Below are positions 53,090 to 64,000 of a stretch of 64,000 nucleotides of DNA, piece after piece. Each line of letters opens with the position of its first letter. The first letter of the stretch is position 1. The notes under the pieces were generated by a model. That model was given only the letters and a program-made list of their open reading frames with translations. It was not told the DNA's origin and searched no databases. Location: assembly GCF_006345805.1 (NCBI RefSeq), contig NC_043005.1, forward strand, positions 60,760,001 through 60,824,000, read 5' to 3'. The stretch comes from Octopus sinensis. Lineage: Eukaryota. A program made the translations under genes and the position numbers.

Positions 53090-54080
53090 ATTTATACGTC
53101 TGGGTTTGGTCTTATTTTCTTATTTCGTTTTCTTTATCTAGCGTGATAGTGTTACTCTTAACTTGTTTTCCTCTTCTCAGGGTTGTTTTGGCAATTTTTT
53201 CTGAGCCGAGTTTCATATTTATTTCCTTGGTTAATCCATACACGGTTAGTAGTAATGTTTCCAGTTGTAATTTATCATTTGCAGCATAGTGTTTTATATC
53301 ATGCATATACACAAGAGAGTTGATTGTTTTATCGTAGCAGATGTATCCACATTCGGTTCTGTTTAGCAAATACTCTTTGTCATTTACTCATGACATGTTT
53401 TATGTATTTTATTATTGTTGGTTCCATCATTGTTAATGGCTAGTGTTTCCAAGATCCATATGTGGGCAATAGTGTTAAAATACTCCCGATATTCAATCCA
53501 AGCCATGCTTAGACCCTTCTGTTTCTTTCGGCTGCATTCAGTTATGGCTTGATTGATCAATAACTGGTCTTTACAGCCATATGTGCTTTTGCAGCATCCC
53601 TTTTACTCTTCTATAAACAAGTTGTTTTCCTTCAGCTGTTTGACCATTCTCTGCAATATTATTGCAGTTAAAGCTTTTTAAGTCGTAGGGAGACATGTTA
53701 TGGGTCTGTAGTTTTGTGGCTTTGTCGTAACAGTGGATTTAGGAATTAGGATGGTTTTCCCTTCTGTAAGCCATTCAGGTGTTGTCTCTCACTGAATTTC
53801 TTGGTCACCATCTTATGTATCCCTGTTAGATATTTAATCTAGAAATTGGGGATCTTGTCGTTCCCGGGTGTCTTCCAATTGTTTAAGTTTTCATTTAGTC
53901 TGTTGTGATTAGTTCTATGACGGGCAGATCTCTTATTATCAACTTTAATTTTGGTGAGGTACAATCGGTGGACCATACTGAGTTTTGTGGCTTTTAATTC
54001 ATACTCATTTTAGCATATCATAATCATGGTTTCTGTCTTTAATGTTTCCAATTTTTAGGTTTGTTCCGCATTCCTTCCCG
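53090..54080 (-). mobile_element. Old R4/Dong-type LINE reverse transcriptase remnant
   Basis: NWKTPGNDKIPNF...PEWLTEGKTILIPK...NYRPITCLPT...KGC...GCKDQLLIN...AWIEY...SLVYMHDIKHYA. Confidence 0.85.
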
Positions 54081-54085
54081 TTTTA

Positions 54086-54345
54086 TAGATTATGTGGAGG
54101 CGTGTGGCTTAGTGGTTAGGGTGTCAGCATCATGATCGTAAGATTGTGGTTTCGATTCCTGGACCGGGCGACGAGTTGTGTTCTTGAGCAAAACACTTCA
54201 TTTCATGTTGCTCCAGTCCACTCAGCTAGCAGAAATGAGTAACGTTGCGATGGACTGATGTCCCGTCTAGCTGGGGAACACATACGCCATAGAAACCGGG
54301 AAACCGGGCCCATGAGCCTAGCTAGGCTTTAAAAGGGCGCATTAA
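54086..54345 (+). mobile_element. tRNA-headed SINE family C (CORE/Meta-like body), full length
   Basis: A box tggcttagtgg, B box gtttcgattcc, body gtgttcttgagcaaaacacttcatttcatgttgctccagtccactcagct. Confidence 0.85.
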
Positions 54346-54372
54346 TTCATTTTATTTTCATAAATCATCATC

Positions 54373-54419
<47 letters not shown>

Positions 54420-54420
54420 T

Positions 54421-55636
54421 TTTTCTTTTTTTCTTCTTTCAAATTTGCTTCCATTTCTTGCCGATTGTCTTCCCTACTCCTAGGGCAAAGAAACTCATAG
54501 TATACATTGGTAGGCCAATAAACTAAACTCACTAGTTCGTTCATTTTTTTTAAAGTTAAATTAAAATACATGAGTAGTAATAGTTCTCACATCGACAATG
54601 CTCTTCTCAATACGTGTGATGTACCAGTTAAGACAATCTTTTGCACTTCTTGCAGGGATGGTAAGCCAGGGATCATTCTCATATAATTTTCGGTTCCCTT
54701 CATGATCATTCCTAGTGCTCCTACGATCACTGGTATTGTAACCGCCTTGAGATGCCACGTTTTCTCAATTTCAATGAGTAGGTCTTTATATTTTCTGAGC
54801 TTGTCAAACTCTTTCGCCGAGATATTATGATCACAGGGGATGCTCATGTCGATCAATAAGCAAAATTTATTGTTTTGGTCTTTCACAACAATATCTGGTT
54901 TATTGGCTTTGATGGTTCGGTCTGTATGTCCTGGAAAGTCCCACAGAATCGTTACATTTTCTCCTTCAGTTACAGCTTCAGGGTGGTGATTATACCACTT
55001 GTCGGCAGTTTTGATTTTGTGATGCCGACTTATTAGCCAGTGTAGATATTGGCCAACTCTATCATGTCTTAATTTATACTTCACTGGTGCTAAGACTTTA
55101 CATCCAGAGATTAGGTGGTCCACTGTTTCAATCATGTCGTTGCAGAATCGGCATTTTGGGTCTGCTCCATTTTTCATCACATTGGCCTGGTAGTTCCGGG
55201 TTAATAGGCTTTGATCTTGAGCAGCCAGGATGAAACCTTCGCTCTCTGCTTTTAGCCCTGAGCTCCGTAGCCACTTATGGATTTGCTTCTGGTCAACATC
55301 AGCTTGTTTGCTGCGGGCCACATATTTGCCATGCAGAGGTTTCTCCTCCCACCTATCAGCCAATTGCTCGTGCGCTTTTTTCGTTGCCATTATTTTCACC
55401 TTCTTTGCAACAATAGTTGCCGTACTTCCCTCGGGTAGTTCAGTTTGGGTATCCTGCACGAGATCAATGGCAAATTGTTTGCTTTTCTTTATGATAGAAT
55501 GAAGCTTCTTTCGTCTCTCGTGATTTTCCATGAGCTTTAGCATCCAGTCATTCGTTATTTCGAGATATGTGGCCAGTCCAATTGTGGTTGTTTTGTAAGC
55601 TAGTTCAAATTGTATCAGGCGGAGATAAAGTTCCTC
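54421..55636 (-). mobile_element. Relatively young 5'-truncated R4/Dong-type RLE LINE (ORF end, 3'UTR, A-rich tail)
   Basis: CCHC knuckle CRFC...ETVDHLISGC, RHD motif, KPDIVV...LIDMSIP...K.RKY RLE. Stop at 54587. Tail gaagaaaaaaagaaaaaa then (TTA)n. Confidence 0.95.
54587..55636 (-). CDS. Uninterrupted C-terminal frame of the R4/Dong LINE ORF (post-RT region, Zn knuckle, restriction-like endonuclease)
   Basis: The 318-aa track ORF extends upstream in frame through LYLRLIQFELAYKTTTIGL. RT is missing, so it is not autonomous. Confidence 0.8.
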   Translation of the reverse strand, partial: EELYLRLIQFELAYKTTTIGLATYLEITNDWMLKLMENHERRKKLHSIIKKSKQFAIDLVQDTQTELPEGSTATIVAKKVKIMATKKAHEQLADRWEEKPLHGKYVARSKQADVDQKQIHKWLRSSGLKAESEGFILAAQDQSLLTRNYQANVMKNGADPKCRFCNDMIETVDHLISGCKVLAPVKYKLRHDRVGQYLHWLISRHHKIKTADKWYNHHPEAVTEGENVTILWDFPGHTDRTIKANKPDIVVKDQNNKFCLLIDMSIPCDHNISAKEFDKLRKYKDLLIEIEKTWHLKAVTIPVIVGALGMIMKGTENYMRMIPGLPSLQEVQKIVLTGTSHVLRRALSM

Positions 55637-55639
55637 CTA

Positions 55640-55990
55640 GATTCGACGTCACGTGCTTTGGGGACGGCGTTGCCCCATCGATGTGAAACGCAACGGTGGT
55701 GTTTACGTATGGGACCACAGTAGATATCTTCCTGCAGATAGAAGCAGATTAATTAGAAAGGATCCCAGATATTATCCAATGGAGTGGAGCCGCTTTTGCA
55801 GTTGGAGGCAGAAGACTAATATGCCATCTGTGTGGTGCAAGGCATTAAACAGTATTCTTTGATGATACTACAAGGTAAAAAGTCAAGTGATGCACCACAA
55901 GAGTAAGCCCAAAAAAGCAGGAGATTAGCAAATTACACTGCAAATAAAAAGCCAGAACGCAACAAGTCACTACAGTATCTTCCTCCAGAA
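55640..55990 (+). mobile_element. Possible L1/Tx1-like ORF1 gag-knuckle remnant
   Basis: RIPDIIQW....VGGRRLICHLCGARH resembles IPDxI...VxGRRPxCxxCGxxGH. Several stops. Confidence 0.4.
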
Positions 55991-57029
55991 AAGTCACATA
56001 TCAAAATGAATAGTTAATGAAATAAATACCAGTAATAAATAAGGGCATGGCGGATATTCAGATGACATATATTCACTGCATTCTTTTCAAACGTTACTTT
56101 ATTTTCCATCGCGTCAAAAGAAATCGATATTATACTTTACTTCTTTCAGTAAATATGTAGTATATTATCAGTGTATATATTTTTAATAGTCCACCATATT
56201 GAAAGGCGATATGATACATTGCTGCAGATTTTAGGTTTTGCTGAATTGTGCTTTAGTGAAAGTATTTTAGTAATAAATCATTGTAGTCATTGATTATCTT
56301 CACTTGCTTTTCTTTCCTTTCAGAGATGAGCCATAAAATATCGAAACATAATCTTATATAAATACGAGGCATGCTTATGTTCATTCATGCACCATATAAT
56401 TAGTATATTTTAGTGTAACCGCGAAATTGGTCCCATTACACTGTGAAACATGTTAAACGAATTTAATGCTCAATAATGGTAATAAAACTGCCCCGAAAAT
56501 CTGTATATAATATCTCTTCAGACTTTTTTATTATCATAAATCATTGATAACGCTCTATACTATACATTAAAATCGTCCCTGTTTATAAGCTACTAAATAA
56601 TAAAACTGAAGCAAAACGGAGGATCGAAACCATTTACCGAATTGATATGTGTTTTCCAATCCGTGAATGCTTGTAAGGAGCTTATCAAATTCTGTGTTTA
56701 GTTGAAAAGGTATGGAATAATTCAAATGTTGTGGGAAAGGAAGAACTCAAAAGATTGGCTCCAGCGAGGAAAAATATTTTTGTTTTTTGGAATATTTATC
56801 ATTTCTTTTTCATTTAGCTGGCTTCAAATTAAATCACATAGACATGCACACACACAAAAGTACGTATATACATACATGTGTGTGTGTGGTATGTATCTAG
56901 ATAGTATTCTGGGCAAAACGATTACACAAAGAAGTATACATCACAAGGCATCAGTAATGTACATAATTCCTCATCTCTTAAATATAGATCTGTATGACCA
57001 GCATATATCGCAGTCATTAGGATCATCCT

Positions 57030-57444
57030 TTACTCTACTCTTTACTTGTTTTAGTCATTTGACTGCGGCCATGCTGGAGCACCGCCTTTTAGCCGAGCAA
57101 ATTGACCGCAGGACTTATTCTTTGTAAGCCTAGTACTTATTCTATCGGACTCTTTCGCCGAACCGCTAAGTTACGGGGACGTAAATACACCAGCATCAGT
57201 TGTCAAGCGATGGTGGGGGGACAAACACAGACATACAAATATATACATACATACATACATATATATATATATACATATATACGACGGGTTTCTTTCAGTT
57301 TCCGTCTACCAAATCCACTCATAAGGCTTTGGTCGGCCCGAGGCTATAGTAGAAGACACCTACCCAAGGTGCCACGCAGTGGGACTGAACCTGGAACTAT
57401 GTGGTTCGCAAGCAAGCTACTTACCACACAGCTACTCTTACGCC
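57030..57444 (-). mobile_element. SINE family A, full length
   Basis: Minus strand ggcgtaagagtagctgtgtggtaagtagcttgc head, internal microsatellite, complete 3' domain. Confidence 0.92.
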
Positions 57445-58535
57445 TTTAGTGAAACTTTCTCCCTATATGTTGCATAAATGAATATGTCATAATCTGTCTT
57501 AATACCTGTTGTTTTGCTGTCCTTTTATACTATTAAACATGCACTTGGATGATCGACATATTAACTATAGACATTTTTTCACTGAGACATCACTGCATTT
57601 AAACTTGCATTTAAAATTTGAGCTTAGGCCCAAACACGATCTATGCACTAATTGTATGTAGCCATTACCTCAAGTCATCAGACACTATATTACCAACATA
57701 ACTATTGTTGTTATGTAAAGTTATATATAGAAATAATTTAACATGTGACTGACGAATCATGCAATACGTTTTGCTTAATACATGCTTAAGAATTTTCACA
57801 AAGAAAAGGCTGATAGAATCTTCGAAGATTCAGTTTACCAACATCAGCGGATAGTTGAAGATGTTGGTATCTACAGCTAACGACTGCATCCACGAAATTG
57901 GATAAACAAAAAAGAAAGCCCATAACGGTAAAAGTGCTTCCTTAAACTGCCCTATTTCGACAGGGTGACAGGGGCAATCTCAGAATGATGGAAGCTTTTC
58001 TTATAAACAAACAGTTCTATATTTAAGAGATGAGGAATTATGTACGTTATTTACATTATTTACATTTGACGGATATTTGCATAGATCGGCAGTCAGGCCA
58101 AGAAAGAAAGGTCATGCCTGGCCGAACACCGGTCACGTGGAAAGAAGAGAATTGGGTAGGGGACAATGGGATTGAAGGATAAAGATATCAGAGACAAAGG
58201 GAAAGGTGCACAGGAGATAAAGGAGCGGGAAATAGTGGGAGTTAAATAAAGAGGGCGAAGAAATGTGAGAGAGGGGGAGTGAGAGAAAAGAAGAAAACTG
58301 AAGCGGGGGATAAAAGAGAGAGTAAGAGTCGTACAAAATTTAGATACATACCTAATATTAGGTGAACGCAAGAGTGTACGTACGCCGGTATATATATATA
58401 TATACAAATTGAACAAAAGCGCAATAGAGGGCTTTGAAACGTTCGGACAGATAAACGACACAAAGGCGGACAAGAGAAACAACAATTAGAAGGACAGGCA
58501 AAAAAGACAGGTCATTCTTGGCTTTCTTTCTACAG

Positions 58536-58597
58536 TTAAGTATCACAAGTCACGACTATTTCGGACAGTTACACTGGATGGTTGATTCGATCTGGTT
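58536..58597 (+). CDS. Candidate 62-nt exon (LSITSHDYFGQLHWMVDSIW)
   Basis: cattcttggctttctttctacag acceptor and GTT|GTAAGA donor. One open frame. Lies in probable repeat context. Confidence 0.22.
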
Positions 58598-58774
58598 GTA
58601 AGAAAGCTAGCAAATGTGTACAGCAACAAAGACAAAAAACAAACAAACTAAAAACGGAGATCATGGCGCAGAATTACGATTACAAACAAGAAATAACAGG
58701 CCTCTGTATATGTGTGTGTGTGTGCGCGCGCGCGCGTATTTATGTGTATGTATGTATGTATGTATGTATGTATG

Positions 58775-58815
<41 letters not shown>

Positions 58816-60573
58816 CCATGTACATATAGGGTAATTACCTTTTATTACATTACCGAAATTCATTTTATTCATCCCTTCACCCCCCAAGGTGACAATGTGT
58901 GACGATGATAACTTTGGTAATACTTCCTTATGAAATAGTAATCGTCAAAAGCGCCAATAGATAACGTAATAAAGATAGTACGTTCCTCTATTCTGTTCTG
59001 CCATCGTGCCGCCACTTACATGGAATGACTTATTGATTCTATACATTAACTGATATGTTATGCCTTTGTAGTTAAATTTTAACTGAAGATACGTTTTAAT
59101 AAATATAACGTGACATCGCGTTTGTTCATTAACTTCTATTCATAGATGCAGCTAAAATGGAATTATTCCTAAATTCATATTAAAAGTGAAGGTCGAGTCT
59201 TGACTATGTTTACTTCTAAGATGTATAATGTTATCCGTTTACAATACAGATAGAGCAGCAAAGTATATGATGGTTTTGATATACATTTTCCTTTTTTCTT
59301 TTTGTGAAACAAACATATGAATAAGAATATAAAGCTCCGTCTTAAACCTTTTCCACATATCATTTAAGTATATAATCTCCACGACGAATTAAATTACATT
59401 ATCATAACTAAGATTTAAGGTGGCAAGCTGCTACAATCGTTCAATACGAGGAAATTGCTTTGTATCACTTCTTCGTTATTCCCTGAGTTCAAATCCAGAC
59501 GAGGTCAAATTTGTTTTTCATCACTGCGGTTCCATAAAACAGACCATTAATTAAATACTTGATCTTTGGTAACGTCTAAACTCTTACAGTCAAATCTGGC
59601 GGTTTCGTGCTTTAGTTAAAATAAATTTTACGTAATGCTTAAGGCAGTGAATTGGCGTAATCGCTACAGCGATGGCAAACGTTCCTTCGCTTATTTCATC
59701 CCACACTTTGCCTTCGGATTTCGACTACCAACAGCGTTAATTTTGCTGGTAATCGCTAACTCCCACTCTGAAATGCCATGTGCCAAGAGTTTCAAATATG
59801 TTATCATTGATCATGTTTATATTTTATTATTCAGAGATTGATAAAGTACTTAATTACCAGTAATATACTTCAGTGCATGTAATGAGCTTTATCAATTTAC
59901 GTCTATATTTCAGAAATTCATTATTAGAAATAAGACTAGTCGAAAGCTGGTGGTATTGGATAAACGTTATAGTAACAAAATTAATATAAAACAGTATATA
60001 AATTACATTTTCTGTGTTCAAACTTTCTATTTTTTCATTGTGACACGATAAAGTAATTTCAAAACGTAGTATCTCACATTGTATCGGCGATATATCTATC
60101 ATATAAATTGGTTGACTTTTCCAAATGAATAAAAACATCGTTATTGCGACAAGGTTCCTAGGCAACAATTTTCAGGTACCGCAATATTGAAATAGTTTCA
60201 CTATTAGTTTAAACAAAGAAAATACACTCCCCAACGTTATCATTGAATATTGACAAAATATTCTTTTCCATTCAACATTTAGCTATACAGATTTGTGAGT
60301 GCCGGAGGGAAAAATAAATGTTAATCATAGATACTGCAAAATGTCATTTACTCGCTTTCAAATATTATCAATTCAACTATCAGTCTGACAGCTTCTTAAC
60401 TAGGTAATGGAGCACATAGGAGCTCCTCATTTTATAAAGAGATCCCGTAGAGGGCCTGCACTTAGTAGGCTGGAATGATGTATGCCGTTGTAGGCCCGAT
60501 AATATATCTGAAAAGTTTCTAATAGAAATAATTTCACAGAAATAAAATTCTTTTTAAATGTTGTGGCACATAT

Positions 60574-60624
<51 letters not shown>

Positions 60625-60626
<2 letters not shown>

Positions 60627-60800
60627 ATGATAGATCGCTAGCCACTACACATTCTGTATTTTCTCGCCTTGTTTCTTTATGAGGAAGACCGTAGGCTCGA
60701 AACGTTAAAAACTTTTTCACTTCCCGAGCGTTATACTAATACATCTATTTGTTGTCTACACCACCTATCTTCATCTTTTGTTTTTCTGTGAATTCCCCCT
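60625..60800 (+). mobile_element. PLE pseudo-LTR-like fragment with a degenerate hammerhead core
   Basis: tttatgaggaagac-cgtag-gctcGAAACgtt resembles CTGATGA-A-GAGC-gtag-GCTC-GAAAC. The CUGA half has decayed. Confidence 0.5.
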
Positions 60801-61860
60801 CTATGTATATGTATATGCATATATATATATATATATATGTATGTATATATATGTATATATATATATACAATAAATATATAGAACGCCGAAAAATATTTTA
60901 ATAGATACAGTTATGGAGAACTGAAATCTAAGACCGATATCCGATTTTTTAAAAATTCATTTCTGAATGACCCTGAAATAAACATTTTTTAAAAAAATTA
61001 GTGTAGGATACATAGTAATGCTGCTATAGGTTCATACAGAACATGTTCATAGTTTGCTTTTTTAAACAGCATATATTTATATTGCGTATAGTATCAACAA
61101 CTTTTATTTTACATCGTTAAAATTCGTTATATTCATTTCATTTTGAGCTGAATTGCAATAAATCTAGCCGAGTGAATTCCAAAACATTCGTTCTTTTAAA
61201 TTTTTTACGTCACTCTTAGGAGAAACACTCTCAGTTGCCAGGTTATGTAATTTTTTACCAAGCTGTTTCTTTTTATATGTTTTTTTTTTTTTTTTGATAG
61301 CAGCAATTATTAGGACTGGTAATTCTGTGAACATCGTCATTGCATAAGCTCCAGGCAACGCCTCTTTTCTCCATTTCCGATTCCATACCCATTTTTCTTT
61401 TTCAGTTACGTCCTACTTGCATATTTTCTTTCTATTCAAATATTCTTCTCTCAAATCCGTATTTATGGCTGTGGATGTAATGCTGCTGCATTAGGTTTTT
61501 GAGAAACTATTTATTATTTCTAATTTCTAGCCTCTAGAAAGATTTACCACTCAAATCTACACACATCATAATTACAAAATGCGTTTTTATGTAAGAAGGG
61601 AAAGTATCTATTTTCATCATTAGGGAAGGTCGCGCACGTAACATTTTACAAGGCAATCGAGGGAGGTGGAATGCATCCTCCAGCCAGTGACCTGGCCTGA
61701 GTGCTCGCTACAGTACAAACCCCGATAAATTCTACAAGGGTGCCTGGTGGGGAGTTAAACCCGGTAAAGGATTGAAACTAGCATCCAATTAAGCCGCGGG
61801 GGGATTTGAGTTTAGAAAGCAATGACTGCTAAATATCTGATCTGACGTTCTAACATTTCC

Positions 61861-62049
61861 TATTTCTTTACTACCACTAACGGATTACTGGTACTTAATT
61901 TATCGATAACTGGTACTTAATTTATCGACCCCGAAAGGATGAAAGGCAAAGTCTACCTCAGCGGAATTTGAACTCAGAACGTAGCGGCAGACGAAATACG
62001 ATTACGCATTTCACCCGGCGTGCTAACGTTTCTGCCAGCTCGCCGCCTT
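61861..62049 (-). mobile_element. SINE family B with a 3' internal deletion and a 20-bp duplication
   Basis: actggtacttaatttatcga at 61887 and 61909. Tail tatttctttactaccac joined directly. Confidence 0.9.
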
Positions 62050-62708
62050 ATGACGTTCGAACATTTCCACTAATAAGTCGCTCAGGGTTGTTACTTTATT
62101 TCTACCGAAATAAAGTGAATTTTAATTCAGTGGCATTTGAACTCGGTGATGAGAGTAAAAACAAGAAGAACGCAGAATGCTATCCGACCCATTAACAGCT
62201 TTGTCAATTAATGAAGGGCGTGGAGAGAAATGCTATTGCCGTGCTGGAACTCCAATTCATTTTAAGCCCCTGTTGACGATTTTAGTTCACAATTTTGTGT
62301 CTCGTGAAAACGCAGCGAGTTTGATATATTGAGCAGCAACATGAGTTTGTATACGCGTTGTACTACATCATAGAGAGTTAAATGTCGTTACCACAAATTC
62401 AATGTTACTGAAAATTCAATATCGTCCAAAAATTAGACCCATTTATAAATTTTTGTTGGAAATGTAATCATTTTCAACCGGTTGAAGACGCAAAGTAATC
62501 ACGTTTATTGCTCGTTTGAATAATTTAATGGACGCCCAAATCGCTTGATCATTAACTGAACTCCAGTGCACGTTTGCCATTGACTTCTTTGAAGTATGAC
62601 AATTTGCTCGGTATACATTGTTCTGTTATAAATATAGAAACGTCTCAGAAATGTACCAAAAATACATTGGTTTCACATACAAAATGTATGATATTTCTTT
62701 TCGCTTAC

Positions 62709-62744
62709 CTAGCATAAGTAACAATTATACCATAAGAACCGGAC
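62709..62744 (-). CDS. Candidate 36-nt phase 2-2 exon (SGSYGIIVTYA)
   Basis: cattgcattttgcttgtatag acceptor with two TGC, and TAG|GTAAGC donor. Only one open frame. Confidence 0.38.
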   Translation of the reverse strand, partial: VRFLWYNCYLC

Positions 62745-63844
62745 CTATACAAGCAAAATGCAATGTGAAGGTTCTTTGTAATCCTATATTTCTTTTAAAG
62801 AATAGGAAGGGAACACTTATACAAATTATGATGCGGAGATGGGTTCCTTTGTAGTCGTTAATCATTTTTCGTTGACCTGTCAATGATTTTCATTAGAAAT
62901 GAGTTATAGAGATTGTCATGGACAAAATAAAGCAACAAATTTGAAGAAAGCTTCGAAAAGATTTCAGTCACACTTCTTAATTGAACATGACGAGATGAAA
63001 AAAGTTTTCTACTTAATGGAATATATGAAAGTGTAGAGACAGAGTAATGGAAAGTATTAGCTGTCTACATTTACTTGAAAAGGAGTTACCTAATTAGGTC
63101 AGCCATTTCAATTCGATCACGAAATCTCGACGAAGTGTGGAAAGTACTTTTAATGTTATTTATAAAATAATTCGTGTACTATTTCTTAGAAGAATGAAAG
63201 GGAATTTAAAAAGATAATGGAAAATGTGGAGATATTGTTTACGAGTTATCGATAAATATATTTACAAATATATCGGTTAATATACTTGCAATTATTGAAA
63301 TGAAATCAGAATTTGTAGTATATCAGCTGGCATCACATACACGCTACAGAAACATAAAACAAACTTAATTACAATGATTTTCACAAAGTAGCACAATGTA
63401 AAACATGGCTGTGATCTATTGACTCCACAAAAGTACATATTTTTGCTATCATTGGGTCAACAGAAAAAAATACAATTATAATTCAGAAGTAACTAGATTA
63501 GATACACGAGCTACGACAGTCAAACACACGACCAATATTGTTAATCAAATGGCTTCACCATTATTGTACAATTTTCTTAAGTCAAGTGCAAAAGGGAGTT
63601 AGCAAGCTGCATTGTACTATGTCGTATTGTCCTCTAACTCTACACCATTTTTTTTGTTGCATTATGAAAATAAGCGTATCGAAAGCACATGAGAACAACT
63701 TTGGAGTTTTGTGTGTGATGATGTAGCACACATTCTAATGTTTTATGTAAAACTTTTCACAACTTTGCTTCGTGTTTTTATCGAGATTTTGTAGCAACAG
63801 CAATAATTCTAATAGTTGAATCAATTATTTGGAACAAGGCCAAA

Positions 63845-64000
63845 CAGGAGTGGGTAATCGATTGCATCAACCGCAATATTGGACTGATAACTTATCATAT
63901 TGACCCCGACGGGATGAAAGGCAAAGCTGTTCTCAGGGGAATTGAAACCCACAACATGAAGATCCGGAAGAAATGCCGCAATGCTTTTTGTCTGACACTT
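63845..64000 (-). mobile_element. Old SINE family B copy, running off the window
   Basis: tgaccccgacgggatgaaaggcaaag...gaattgaaac. Confidence 0.6.

Noticed and set aside
58550-58597. Resemblance of LHWMVDSIW to the tyrosinase CuB motif HHxxVDxIW
   Set aside because: The first His and the DP are absent and there are no other tyrosinase exons.

Overview
AT-rich, microsatellite-dense eukaryotic DNA. The SINE families and repeat landscape best fit an Octopus (coleoid cephalopod) genome; this is recognition from memory, not a database result. I found no host gene I can name. The window reads as intronic or intergenic sequence. It contains three tRNA-headed SINE families (many copies), five or more Penelope-like element (PLE) fragments from different clades, several R4/Dong-type RLE LINE fragments (one with an uninterrupted ~350-codon frame), three mariner remnants, two piggyBac remnants, a Helentron-associated HINE, many simple repeats and a 100-N gap. 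Nearly all ORFs in the supplied track are microsatellite or transposon artefacts. The best leads are: (i) a 123-bp inverted repeat whose arms each carry a minimal PLE-type hammerhead ribozyme motif; (ii) a twin-primed, inverted PLE whose GIY-YIG nuclease appears split by a >100-codon Asn/Thr/Ser insert; (iii) strong minus-strand splice signals that include a UGC-preceded 6-nt microexon candidate and acceptor-donor ratchet-like sites; (iv) a plus-strand exon candidate with two overlapping protein-like frames; (v) a Dong/R4 insertion hotspot with a 24-bp duplicated microsatellite target. All exon calls come from splice motifs alone and are tentative.
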